The notes under the pieces are model-generated. The model was not told the origin of the DNA. It saw nothing but the letters and a program-made list of their open reading frames with translations, and did not search any database. From positions 512,001-576,000 of the forward strand of contig JBBRLQ010000001.1 of NCBI GenBank assembly GCA_038231275.1: a stretch of DNA of 64,000 nt, written 5' to 3'. This DNA comes from Polyangiales bacterium. Its GTDB lineage: Bacteria > Myxococcota_A > Polyangia > Polyangiales > Polyangiaceae. Shown piece after piece: positions 1 through 9,505 of the stretch (position 1 is its first letter; the number at the start of each line of letters is the position of its first letter). Both the position numbers and the translations under genes were made by a program.

Positions 1-130
1 GATGAAGAGGTCCTTCGGGGTGCAATGGAGCGCCGAGTGGCCCCTCCTTTGCGCGGCGCGCTGCAGCGCGTACGTCGTGTCCTTGTCCGGCAGAACCCGA
101 TCCATCGGATCCATCACGTAGACAAATCGC

Positions 131-1861
131 ATGCGACCTTCCTCACTCCTCCGGTACGGAGCACGCAGCCTAACACCTCTCGCGCCGGTCGCGATCGGCG
201 CGCTCCTCCTCGCGACGCTGCCCGCGCGCGCGGCTCATGCGCCGAGCGCCGAGGGCACGCGCCTCGCGGTCGCGACCGACAGTGGAGACGCGACGCGCGC
301 GGCGTTCGGGGTCCTGGCAGCCGGGGGAAACGCGGCGGACGCGGCGATCACCGCGGCGCTCGTACTCGGGGTCGTGAGCCAGTCGTCCTCCGGCATCGGC
401 GGCGGCGGCTTCGCGATGGTGTACACGGCGAAGGACCAGAAGATCACGGTCCTCGACTTCCGCGAGACGTCGCCCGCCAAGGTCGACGTCGAGGCGCTCG
501 GCGCGCGCGACTGGCGCAACGAGGACGCGAGCAAGCGCGGCGTGTCGGTCGGCGTCCTCGGCGAGCCGGCGGGGCTCGAGATGCTCGGCCAGAAATTCGG
601 CAAGCGCTCCCTCGCGGAGAACGCCGCTCCTGCGGTCGCCCTCGCGGAGCGAGGATTTTTCATGGGCCGCAACATGGCGAACGTCACTGCGTTCATGAAG
701 GATCGCCTCGGCGGCTCGCCGGAGATCATGGCGACGTTCATGCCGGGAGGTAGCCCCATCGCGTTCGGCGCGCTCGTTCGCCGCCCCGAGCTCGCGCGCA
801 CGTTGAAGCGCTTCGGCGCCGAGGGCAGCAAGCCCTTCTACACCGGAGACATCGCCGAAAAGATCGTGACCTCCGCGCGCGGCTTCGGCTCGCAGATGGA
901 GGCGAGCGATCTGGCCGGCTACAAGGTCATCGAGCGCGCGCCGCTCGTGCGGACCGTCGACGGGCGCACCATCGCGACGATGCCCGCGCCGTCGGCGGGT
1001 GGCCTCATGCTCCTCGAGACGGCGATGATGTACGGCGCCAACGGCACGTCACCGCTGAAGGCGATGGGCTTCGGCTCGAGTGCGTACCTCCACACGATCG
1101 CCGAGGCGATGCGCGGCGCGATCGGCGATCGCGTGCGCGTCGCGAGCGATCCCGAGCTCGAGTCCGGCACCGCCGCCGCCTTCGACGCCGCGCTCGAGCC
1201 GCGCCAGCTCGCCGCGCGCAAGAAGCGCATCGATCCGAAGCGAACGCATAAATCCGCAGATTTTCGCACGCGCGAGCAGGGCACCAGCCACCTCATCACC
1301 GTCGACGCCGAGGGCAACGTGGTCCTCGTCACCACCACCGTGAACGCTCCGTACGGCGCGCGCATCGTCGCCGGCGACACCGGCGTCGTCTTGAACGACG
1401 AGCTCGACGACTTCTCGCGCCCCAAGGACACGGCCGGCTTTGGCGTCATCGGCCTCGGCCCCAATCGCGCCCGCGGCAGCGCGCGCCCGGTGTCGAGCAT
1501 GGCGCCGACGCTCGTGCTCGAGAGCGGTCAGCCCATCCTGGCCATCGGCGGCAGCGGCGGCGAGCGCATCGCGACCGGCGTGACGCAGATGACGATGTGC
1601 CGCCTCGTCTTCGGCCTCGATCCGAACGCGTGCCTCTCGTCGTCGCGCGTCCACGTGAGCTCCACCACCGAGCTCACCGTCGAGCCGGATCTGACCGAGG
1701 ACGTGCGGGCGGGCCTGAAGGCGCGCGGCGAGACGGTCAAAGAGAGCGCGATTCCGATCCAGCCCGCGGTGCAGATGATCGCCTGGGATCGCGCAGCTGG
1801 GAGCACGCGCATCCTCGCGGCGTCCGATCCCCGCAAGGGTGGCTTCGCCGCGGCGCAGTAG
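131..1861 (+). CDS. ggt: Gamma-glutamyltransferase (secreted)
   Basis: Signal peptide; GGNAADAA, SSGIGGGGF and DFRE motifs; catalytic Thr in QGTSHL; LNDELDDFS, SSMAP and GSGG motifs; ends in ASDPRKGG. Confidence 0.93.
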   Translation: MRPSSLLRYGARSLTPLAPVAIGALLLATLPARAAHAPSAEGTRLAVATDSGDATRAAFGVLAAGGNAADAAITAALVLGVVSQSSSGIGGGGFAMVYTAKDQKITVLDFRETSPAKVDVEALGARDWRNEDASKRGVSVGVLGEPAGLEMLGQKFGKRSLAENAAPAVALAERGFFMGRNMANVTAFMKDRLGGSPEIMATFMPGGSPIAFGALVRRPELARTLKRFGAEGSKPFYTGDIAEKIVTSARGFGSQMEASDLAGYKVIERAPLVRTVDGRTIATMPAPSAGGLMLLETAMMYGANGTSPLKAMGFGSSAYLHTIAEAMRGAIGDRVRVASDPELESGTAAAFDAALEPRQLAARKKRIDPKRTHKSADFRTREQGTSHLITVDAEGNVVLVTTTVNAPYGARIVAGDTGVVLNDELDDFSRPKDTAGFGVIGLGPNRARGSARPVSSMAPTLVLESGQPILAIGGSGGERIATGVTQMTMCRLVFGLDPNACLSSSRVHVSSTTELTVEPDLTEDVRAGLKARGETVKESAIPIQPAVQMIAWDRAAGSTRILAASDPRKGGFAAAQ

Positions 1862-1878
1862 TCGCTCGTCGAGATGGA

Positions 1879-2844
1879 TCAGTCCTGATCGGCGAGGGCC
1901 GCGAGCTCCGCGCTCGGTCCCTCGTCGAGATCGCTCGCGAGCGCATAGCCGATGCCGCGGTTCTGCGTGACGGCGATCGAGTACCCGTTCGCCCGCCCGA
2001 CGCGCACCTGCGCGGTGCCGACGGCGCGCGGCTGCAGCATGTCGCTGTCGCCGACCTGAATCTTGCGCGGATCGTAGATGAAGACGCTCACCCGCTGCGC
2101 GCCGGCGCCGTCGCCGATGCGGTACTCGAGGAGGGCGGCGCGCTGATCGTGCACCGGCATGAGCCGACCGCCGATGAGGTGGGCGCTCGTCTTGTTGAAC
2201 TTCTGAAAGCTGGGCGGCCGCACCGGCACGCCGACGTACTGTTCGAGGCCACGCACGCCCATCGCGTCGGTGCGCTCCATCGGCCAGATGCGCGAGTGCA
2301 TCTCGACGAAGCCGGCGAGCGGATCGTTGGCGAGGCCCGCGGCGCGAACGTTGCGGCTCACGTCGTGCGACGGCGTGGCGGCGATCGAGCCCCACACGAT
2401 CGCAAGCGCGGCGGCGCTCGTCAGCGGCACCATCGTGCGCCAGCCAAAGAGCTTCGACCCTCCGCCGAATCCGCCAGCGATACCGGCAGCCATTCCTGAC
2501 GCCGGAAGGGTCGCGATGACGCTCTCGCGTCGCTCCTCTTCGTTCTTCTTCGCATCCGCGCGCGCGCGCTCGCCGCTCATGGAGGCGAGCATCCGCGCGC
2601 GCATCGCGCTCTTCTGATCGGAGTCTTGCGACGCCTCGAGGCGCACGACCTTCTTCAGCGTGCCTCGCATCGCGCGATCCAAGGCGATCCGCTCGCGACA
2701 GGTCTCACACTCCGTGATGTGCCCCTCGATCTCGAGCAGCTTCGGAGCGTCGAGCTCACCGTCGACGTACGCGCCCAGGACGTGCGCGTACCTCTGGCAC
2801 TCGCGCGAGATCGGGGTATCGGGAAATTGCGGGGACTTGTTCAT
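1879..2844 (-). CDS. Zinc-binding (ZAS/zf-HC2) transmembrane anti-sigma factor
   Basis: AYVDGELD...HITECETC (HxxxCxxC), one TM segment and a periplasmic domain; directly downstream of an ECF sigma gene. Confidence 0.85.
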   Translation of the reverse strand: MNKSPQFPDTPISRECQRYAHVLGAYVDGELDAPKLLEIEGHITECETCRERIALDRAMRGTLKKVVRLEASQDSDQKSAMRARMLASMSGERARADAKKNEEERRESVIATLPASGMAAGIAGGFGGGSKLFGWRTMVPLTSAAALAIVWGSIAATPSHDVSRNVRAAGLANDPLAGFVEMHSRIWPMERTDAMGVRGLEQYVGVPVRPPSFQKFNKTSAHLIGGRLMPVHDQRAALLEYRIGDGAGAQRVSVFIYDPRKIQVGDSDMLQPRAVGTAQVRVGRANGYSIAVTQNRGIGYALASDLDEGPSAELAALADQD

Positions 2845-2853
2845 CCGGGTTGG

Positions 2854-3516
2854 TTATGCGGCCCCCCTCTTCCGCGCGCGGTAGGCGTTGAGATCGGCAG
2901 GCTCGGCCTTCTTGGACAGGTTCGTCTCGGTCAGGCTCTCTCCCTTCACGATACCCATGGCGAGGGCGTGAGAGTAGAGGGCCTTTTGCAGGAGCTTTCG
3001 GCCGCGATGTAGGCGGCTCATCACGGTGCCGATCGGGCAGGCCATGATCTCGGCGATCTCCTCGTAGGAGAACTCCTCGACGTCGCACAAGATGACCGCG
3101 AGCTTGAACTCTGCGGGCAGCTGGTCGAGCGCCTTTCGGATCTCGCCCTCGACGATGGGCTGGAGCGCGATCGTCTCCGGATCGCGGAGCTGGCGCATCG
3201 TGGACGCGCTCACCCACCCGTCCACGAGCGGATCGGCGTCGGGGCCTTCCATGATCTGACGCTCGAGCCCGCCGCGGCGGTACTTGTTGATGAACGTGTT
3301 CGTCAGGATACGGAAGAGCCACGCCTTCAGGTTCGTCCCGGCGCAAAACTGGTGCTTCGCCCGCATGGCCTTGACGAGCGCATCCTGGACGAGATCTTCC
3401 GCCTCGGTGGGGTTCCGCGTAAGGCGGCACGCCACGGCGTACATCGCGTCGAGGTGCTGGATGCAATCCTCGGAGAAGCTATCGGTATCTTTCAGAATTT
3501 CGCCGGAAGACGGCAT
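2854..3516 (-). CDS. ECF RNA polymerase sigma-70 factor
   Basis: [12 protein letters not shown] and [16 protein letters not shown] (region 2); [25 protein letters not shown] (region 4). Confidence 0.93.
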   Translation of the reverse strand: MPSSGEILKDTDSFSEDCIQHLDAMYAVACRLTRNPTEAEDLVQDALVKAMRAKHQFCAGTNLKAWLFRILTNTFINKYRRGGLERQIMEGPDADPLVDGWVSASTMRQLRDPETIALQPIVEGEIRKALDQLPAEFKLAVILCDVEEFSYEEIAEIMACPIGTVMSRLHRGRKLLQKALYSHALAMGIVKGESLTETNLSKKAEPADLNAYRARKRGAA

Positions 3517-3656
3517 CGGAGAACCGCGCCTTTCTACCCTATGCCAACCGTGCGTAGGGTGTACCTATTCCCACTGCGAGCGCCGTGCCCAACCGCAGAG
3601 GCGGGCAGGTTTGGCGAAGGTAGGTACGCGCAGGGGCGGCGCAAGTGCTGGAGCGA

Positions 3657-4229
3657 TCAATCTTTTTTGGAAGCGTTCTTGAGCTTGGTCTCGAGCTCGT
3701 CGATCCGCTCGGAGAGGCGTTTCACCTCGAGCTGCAAGTGCTGCCACGGCAACAGACTGGGCAGAACCGCTTTGATTCGCTCGTCAATCTGGTGCTGCCA
3801 GTCCTCGAGTTTTCCTTTTGCCTGATCGACAAGGCTCGACTTCTGCGCATCGGACTTCGCGTCCACCGCGTCTTTTTCCCCGTGTCCGTCGCGGCTTGCG
3901 CCCGGAATGAGGCGACCGATGGGCCCTTCGCGGAGCTGCGTCAGGACGTTCTCGGTGCGCTGATGAATGAGCTCCTTCAGCGTTTGGAGCGGAACGTTCT
4001 TCGAGTTCTTTTGCTCTTCGTAGACGATCTGCGCGAGCGTGACCTCGGTGAGATCGTCCTTCGTGTTGTTGTCGATGATCTGCACATCCTCGCTGTTTCG
4101 CACCATCTCGGCGATCTGGAGGAGCGTGACGTACCGACTGTCTTTCGTGTCGTAGAGCTTCCGGTTGGAGTAGCGCTTGATCACGCGCCGGGGGCGGTCG
4201 GCGGCGAGCTCTTCGGGTTTTGTCTCCAC
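3657..4229 (-). CDS. PhaR-like (PHB accumulation regulator N-terminal DNA-binding domain) protein
   Basis: IKRYSNRKLYDTKDSRYVTL...DLTEVTLAQI is the PhaR N-terminal signature; C-terminal coiled coil. Confidence 0.85.
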   Translation of the reverse strand: METKPEELAADRPRRVIKRYSNRKLYDTKDSRYVTLLQIAEMVRNSEDVQIIDNNTKDDLTEVTLAQIVYEEQKNSKNVPLQTLKELIHQRTENVLTQLREGPIGRLIPGASRDGHGEKDAVDAKSDAQKSSLVDQAKGKLEDWQHQIDERIKAVLPSLLPWQHLQLEVKRLSERIDELETKLKNASKKD

Positions 4230-4267
4230 ACGTCCAAGCTACCATAACGCACGGAGTCAAGCGGAGC

Positions 4268-5104
4268 GTGACGCGACAAGGTGACGAAACAGGCCGGTTG
4301 GCGCTCTCTCTCGCTGACGTTTCGGCAACGTACTCGGGGGGATCGAATCCCGGGAAGGACGAGCCCCTCGTGGGGGTTTCCCTGTCGATCGCTGCGGGCG
4401 AGCTCGCGACGGTGCTCGGGCCGAACGGCGCCGGCAAGTCGACGCTGCTGCGCGTGATGAGCGGGACGCTCGCCGCGTCGCGGGGCAAGGTCACGCTGCT
4501 GGGGGAGCCGATCGACGCGTGGGATCGCGCGCGCATCGCGCGACACGTCGCGGTGGTGCCGCAGACGAGCGAGGTCGCGTTCGGCTACGCGGTGAAGGAC
4601 GTCGTCATGATGGGACGCGCGCCGCACCAGGACGCGTGGATGCGGCCGTCACCGGACGACACGCGCGCCGTGGAGGAGGCGCTCGCGAAATGCGATCTGT
4701 CGGATCTGGCGTCCCGTCGCGTCGACGAGCTCTCGGGCGGCGAGCAGAAGCGCGTCGCGATCGCGCGGGCGTTCGCGCAGAAGCCGGCGGTGCTGCTGCT
4801 CGACGAGCCCGGCGCGTTCCTCGACGTGCGCCACCAGGTGATGCTCTACGATTTGCTCGACGACGCGAGAAAAAGCGGCACGGCGTGCGTCGTCGTGATG
4901 CACGACTTGAACGTCGCTGCGCAGTACGCCACGCAGGTGCTCCTCATGAAGCGCGGGCGCCTCGTCGCGTCGGGCACCATCGAGCAGGTGATGACGTACG
5001 CGCGCCTCAAGGAGACGTTCGACGCGGATCTCTACTGCGGCGTCAACGACGTGAACGGCACGCGCTTCTTCTTGCCGATGCGCGGCAAGACCGCCAGCGC
5101 CTGA
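4268..5104 (+). CDS. ABC transporter ATP-binding protein (FepC/HmuV/BtuD-like)
   Basis: GPNGAGKS, LSGGEQKR, LLLDEP, VMHDLN; start codon uncertain. Confidence 0.88.
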   Translation: MTRQGDETGRLALSLADVSATYSGGSNPGKDEPLVGVSLSIAAGELATVLGPNGAGKSTLLRVMSGTLAASRGKVTLLGEPIDAWDRARIARHVAVVPQTSEVAFGYAVKDVVMMGRAPHQDAWMRPSPDDTRAVEEALAKCDLSDLASRRVDELSGGEQKRVAIARAFAQKPAVLLLDEPGAFLDVRHQVMLYDLLDDARKSGTACVVVMHDLNVAAQYATQVLLMKRGRLVASGTIEQVMTYARLKETFDADLYCGVNDVNGTRFFLPMRGKTASA

Positions 5105-5650
5105 TCAGAGCGCGGCGGTGACGAGGCGCTCGAGCTCGGCGTCGCTCGTGACCCCCGTGCGAACGGCGAGGACCTTCCCCTCTTTGGACAGGAGAACGAG
5201 GGTCGGCAGGTTCTCGACGCCGTACTTCAGGGCGACGACGTTCGCGTCGTAGGCGATCGGAAACGAAATATTGTGCGCCTTCGCCCACGGGGCTGCGCGT
5301 CCCGGCTCATCGCTGGTGTTCACCCCGACGACGACGAGCCCCTTGTCCTTGAAGCGCTGCGCGACCTTGTCGAGGATCGGCGCCTCCGCTTGGCAGGGCC
5401 CACACCACGTCGCCCAAAAATCGAGGAGGACCGGCTTACCCTTCAGCTGGGCCAGCGTAACTTTGGGCGTTTCCGCGTTCGCGACCATGTCGAGCGTGAA
5501 GTCCGGCGCGTCCTTCCCGACGAACGCCGACTGCGCGTTCGGAAACAGGCGCGGGAGGACGGCGAAGCCGAACAGCATCGCGAGCAAGATTCCCACCACG
5601 CTGAGCGGGTAAAAGACCTTTCCCTCGTCGGCGGTGGCAGCGTTCGCCAT
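5105..5650 (-). CDS. TlpA/ResA-family thiol-disulfide reductase
   Basis: N-terminal TM; LLDFWATWCGPC motif. Confidence 0.9.
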   Translation of the reverse strand: MANAATADEGKVFYPLSVVGILLAMLFGFAVLPRLFPNAQSAFVGKDAPDFTLDMVANAETPKVTLAQLKGKPVLLDFWATWCGPCQAEAPILDKVAQRFKDKGLVVVGVNTSDEPGRAAPWAKAHNISFPIAYDANVVALKYGVENLPTLVLLSKEGKVLAVRTGVTSDAELERLVTAAL

Positions 5651-5687
5651 TCGCCATTCTCTAGCACGTGCTGCTAGAAAGGTCGCG

Positions 5688-7595
5688 ATGACGGCCGCCG
5701 TTCACGGTGCGAAGAAGGTCCAGACGCGATCGGATCTGGCCAAGCTGTCGCTCGGCGCGCTCGGCGTTGTGTACGGAGACATCGGCACGTCGCCCCTCTA
5801 CGCGCTCAAAGAGTGCCTCAGCGGCGAGCACGGCGTAGCGCCGACGCACGCGAACGTGATGGGCCTGCTCTCGCTCGTCTTCTGGTCGCTCACGCTCGTC
5901 ATCGTCATGAAGTACCTGTCGTTCATCATGCGCGCCGACAACCACGGCGAAGGCGGCATCCTCGCGCTCCTCGCGCTCCTCCGCGGTAAGGGTGGCGAGA
6001 CGCGCAGGAAGTCGGCGGCGGTGCTGCTGCTCATGGGTCTCTTCGGCGCGGCGCTGCTCTACGGCGACGGGATCATCACGCCGGCGATCAGCGTCTTGTC
6101 GGCGGTCGAAGGCCTCGAGGTCGCGACGAACACGTTCCAGCCGTTCGTGCTCCCGGTCACCGTCGCGATCCTGATTGGCCTCTTCGTCGCGCAGAAGCGC
6201 GGCACCGCGGGCATCGGCGCGATCTTCGGCCCGGCGATGCTGGTCTGGTTCGGCAGCATCGCGATCACCGGCGTCATCTGGATCGCGAAGGTGCCGAGCG
6301 TGCTCATGGCGGTGAACCCCGCGTACGCGATCGCCTTCTTCGTCGACCATCGCCTTCACGGCTTCCTCGTCCTCGCGGCGGTGGTCCTCTGCATCACCGG
6401 CGGCGAGGCGCTCTACGCCGACATGGGGCACTTCGGGGTACGGCCCATTCGCATCGCCTGGTACTCGATCGTCTTCCCGTGCCTGCTCCTCAACTACTTC
6501 GGGCAGGGGGCGGTGGTGCTGACGAAGGGCGCGGCGGCGGTGGCGAATCCGTTCTTCGCGATGGTCGACGGATGGATGGTCTACCCGTTCGTCGTCGTCG
6601 CCACCGTCGCGACGGTCATCGCGTCGCAGGCGCTCATTAGCGGCGCGTACTCGCTCACGCAGCAAGCGGTGCAGCTCGGGTACTGGCCGCGCGTATCGAT
6701 CGTTCACACGTCGGGCGACGCGGAGGGGCAGATCTACATCCCCGAAGTCAACAACGCGCTCATGGTCGCCTGCTGCATCCTCGTCCTCGCGTTCCGCAAG
6801 AGCACGAACCTCGCGTCGGCGTACGGCATCGCGGTGACCGGCACGATGAGCATCACCTCCATCCTCTTCTACGCCGTCGCGCGCGAGCGGTGGAAGTGGG
6901 GGCGCCTCCACGCCGGCGCGATCACCGCGCTGTTCCTTTCGTTCGATCTCGCGTTTTTCTTCGCGAACGCGACCAAAGTGGCCGACGGCGGGTGGGTGCC
7001 GCTCGCGATGGCGCTCGTCGTCTTCACGACCATGACGACCTGGAAGCGCGGACGCGACACGCTCTACGCGTTCCTCCGCGGCATCACGCTGCCGCTCGAC
7101 ATGTTCATGGAGGACATGAGCCGGCAGGAGCCTCACCGCGTGAAGGGCACCGCCGTGTTCATGACGTCGAACCCCGAGGGCGCGCCGCCGGTGCTCCTCC
7201 ACCATTTCAAGCACAACAAGGTGCTCCACCAGAAGGTAGTGCTCCTCGCGATCACGACGCACCACGAGCCGGAGGTGCCGGCGTCCGAGCGAATCCAGGT
7301 GATCCGCGATCTGGGGCACGGCTTCCACCAAGTGACGGCGGCGTACGGATTCATGCAGACGCCGAACGTCCTCGACGTGCTCCAGCGCTGCGCGGACGCG
7401 GGGCTCGTGACCGACAAGAACGACACGAGCTTCTTCCTGGGGCGCGAGACGCTGATCATCACGGATCGTCCCGGCATGGCGAAGTGGCGCAAGATCCTCT
7501 TTGCGTTCCTCTCGCGCAACGCACGGCCGGCGAATGCGTTTTTTCGAATTCCGCCGAATCGCGTCGTCGAGTTGGGGACGCAGATCGAGCTCTGA
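5688..7595 (+). CDS. kup: KUP/HAK/KT potassium transporter
   Basis: GVVYGDIGTSPLYA, GEGGILAL, GGEALYADMGHFG; ends in ELGTQIEL. Confidence 0.96.
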   Translation: MTAAVHGAKKVQTRSDLAKLSLGALGVVYGDIGTSPLYALKECLSGEHGVAPTHANVMGLLSLVFWSLTLVIVMKYLSFIMRADNHGEGGILALLALLRGKGGETRRKSAAVLLLMGLFGAALLYGDGIITPAISVLSAVEGLEVATNTFQPFVLPVTVAILIGLFVAQKRGTAGIGAIFGPAMLVWFGSIAITGVIWIAKVPSVLMAVNPAYAIAFFVDHRLHGFLVLAAVVLCITGGEALYADMGHFGVRPIRIAWYSIVFPCLLLNYFGQGAVVLTKGAAAVANPFFAMVDGWMVYPFVVVATVATVIASQALISGAYSLTQQAVQLGYWPRVSIVHTSGDAEGQIYIPEVNNALMVACCILVLAFRKSTNLASAYGIAVTGTMSITSILFYAVARERWKWGRLHAGAITALFLSFDLAFFFANATKVADGGWVPLAMALVVFTTMTTWKRGRDTLYAFLRGITLPLDMFMEDMSRQEPHRVKGTAVFMTSNPEGAPPVLLHHFKHNKVLHQKVVLLAITTHHEPEVPASERIQVIRDLGHGFHQVTAAYGFMQTPNVLDVLQRCADAGLVTDKNDTSFFLGRETLIITDRPGMAKWRKILFAFLSRNARPANAFFRIPPNRVVELGTQIEL

Positions 7596-7615
7596 ATTTG
7601 GTCGCGATGCGGGGC

Positions 7616-7754
7616 GCGGCTAGGCGGGCTCGCCCCTCCTTTGCCCTGGCGGGGGTGCGCCCTCGCGCCGGCGACGCGGTAGATGCCTAGTGAAACGGGG
7701 CCGCCGGCGCGTGGAGTCCTTACGGGCAAAGGAGGGGCGAGCCCGCCCAGCCGC
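7616..7754. repeat. Long intergenic inverted repeat (MITE/REP-like hairpin) between convergent genes
   Basis: 31-bp arms at 7616-7646 and 7724-7754 with one mismatch, plus an inner CGCGCCGGCG/CGCCGGCGCG pairing. Confidence 0.8.
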
Positions 7755-7778
7755 TACTCGGGTGCGTGAAAAGAAAAC

Positions 7779-9479
7779 TCAGCGGGTCGAGGGGGGGGAG
7801 GGGTCGACGCGGATGAGCTCGGCGCGGGAGGCGCGATCGCGGCCGGCGTGGGGGGCGAGGGCGTCGGGGCTGGGGAGGTGGACGACGAAGGCGGCGCCGC
7901 CGAGAGAGGTGCTCTCGCCGGCGTCGATGGAGCCGTTGTGCTCGACCACGATCTTTTTCACGATCGCGAGGCCGAGCCCGGTGCCGTCGTCCTTTGTCGT
8001 GAAGTAGGGATCGAAGACGCGCGTGCGTGATTCTTCGGGGATGCCGGGGCCGTCGTCTTCGACCGTGATGGCGGTGCCGGTGCCCTCGGCGCGTGCGCTG
8101 ACGACGACGTTGCCAATGGCGCCGTCCTTGTCCTTGTTGGCGTCGCGGATCGCCTGGACCGAGTTTCGTACGAGGTTGACGACGACGCGGCGGAGCATCT
8201 GGCGATCGATGGCGGCGCGGAGCGGCTCGTCGGGGAGGCGCCAGGAGATGGACACGTTGTGGAGGGCGATAGGCTCGGCGTCGGGCGAGTCGGTGCCGAG
8301 CGATACGTCCTCGAGGTGGGCAAGCTGTTCGGAGCAGTCGCGCAAGAAATCGCGGAGGCTGTGCTCTTTCAGCTCGGCCTGCGGGAGGCGCGCGAAGTTC
8401 GAGAAGTTGCCGACGAGGCGACGGAGCGTGCCGACCTCCTCCTCGACCACCTCGAGCGTCGTGTCGAGGAGCGCGCGGTACTTCGTGTCCTCGCCGGCGT
8501 ACTTGCGGTGGCACTCTTGGACCGCGAGCTGGATGGGCGTCAGCGGGTTCTTGATCTCGTGCGCGAGGCGCTTTGCCATCTCTTGCCATGCGCCGATTCG
8601 CTGCAAATATTCGATGCGCGCGCGTGACTGGGCCATCTCGCCGAGCATGCGGTTGAAGGTGCTCGCGAGGTCCGTGAGCTCGTCGGACCCGGTGACCGGG
8701 ACGCGGACCGAGAAGTCTCCTTCGGCGACGAGGTTGATGGCGGCGGCGAGGCGGTTGATTCGTCGCGTGACGCCGCGCGCGAGGAGCGTGCCGAGCACCA
8801 CCGTGAGGAGCATCGTGATGACGAGGAGGCCCGCGAAGATGAAGAGCGCGACCCGGTAGATCTCGGGCTGCGACTTTTCCATGTTGTGGTACTCGGTCAC
8901 CGCGTTGGCGGTCGAGTTGATCTCGTCGAGGTGCTCGTCGAGTCGCGCGCGATCGATCGCGAACATCGCCGCGATCTTGATCGCGTCCTTCTTGGAGGGA
9001 TCTTCCCAGACCGCACGCTCCACGTTGAGCGTGCGCTCCGTCGCGTCGTCGACCGCGCGGCCTCGGTGGCGCTCGGCGAGGGTCTTTTTCTCCATCTCGT
9101 CGCCGGCGTCGTCGAGCTTCACGTCGGCGATCGTGAGCGACACGAGCTCGGGGAAACGAGGGAAGAGCGCGTCGAGCTGCACCTCGATGAGGGCGTGGTT
9201 CCGGGTCTTGCAGGCTTCGCGCAGAAGCTCGTCGGTCGCGATCGCGTCGGTCTGATGACGCATGTCGGTCTTGATGGCCGCGACGTAATCCTTGTAGAGC
9301 GCCGCGCCGCGATCGAGCTGGCGGCCGACCTCCGGCTTGAACCACAGGGCCGACGCGTAGCCGAACATCCAGTTCGCGAGGAGCAGCGCGGCGGCGAGGG
9401 GAAGGACCGCCGTGAAGAGGATCACGAGCGCGAGCCTCGACTCGATTTTCCCCGGAAAACGCAGCGCCACGCGGGTCAC
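7779..9479 (-). CDS. HAMP-domain sensor histidine kinase (NtrY-like)
   Basis: Two TM segments, HAMP, WQEMAKRLAHEIKNPLTPIQL H-box, DDGPG and GTGLGL; GTG start at 9479 chosen from the -10 box position. Confidence 0.92.
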   Translation of the reverse strand: MTRVALRFPGKIESRLALVILFTAVLPLAAALLLANWMFGYASALWFKPEVGRQLDRGAALYKDYVAAIKTDMRHQTDAIATDELLREACKTRNHALIEVQLDALFPRFPELVSLTIADVKLDDAGDEMEKKTLAERHRGRAVDDATERTLNVERAVWEDPSKKDAIKIAAMFAIDRARLDEHLDEINSTANAVTEYHNMEKSQPEIYRVALFIFAGLLVITMLLTVVLGTLLARGVTRRINRLAAAINLVAEGDFSVRVPVTGSDELTDLASTFNRMLGEMAQSRARIEYLQRIGAWQEMAKRLAHEIKNPLTPIQLAVQECHRKYAGEDTKYRALLDTTLEVVEEEVGTLRRLVGNFSNFARLPQAELKEHSLRDFLRDCSEQLAHLEDVSLGTDSPDAEPIALHNVSISWRLPDEPLRAAIDRQMLRRVVVNLVRNSVQAIRDANKDKDGAIGNVVVSARAEGTGTAITVEDDGPGIPEESRTRVFDPYFTTKDDGTGLGLAIVKKIVVEHNGSIDAGESTSLGGAAFVVHLPSPDALAPHAGRDRASRAELIRVDPSPPSTR

Positions 9480-9484
9480 GAGGG

Positions 9485-9496
9485 GAGTGTACACTC
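9485..9496. promoter_or_regulatory. Palindromic bidirectional -10 element GAGTGTACACTC
   Basis: Perfect 12-bp palindrome giving TACACT on both strands, 6 nt before GTG 9479 (minus) and 10 nt before ATG 9506 (plus). Confidence 0.55.
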
Positions 9497-9505
9497 GAGG
9501 GCAAG

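Noticed and set aside
4268-5104. Orphan ABC ATPase as a novel system
   Set aside because: Canonical iron/cobalamin-type ATPase; its permease is probably encoded elsewhere
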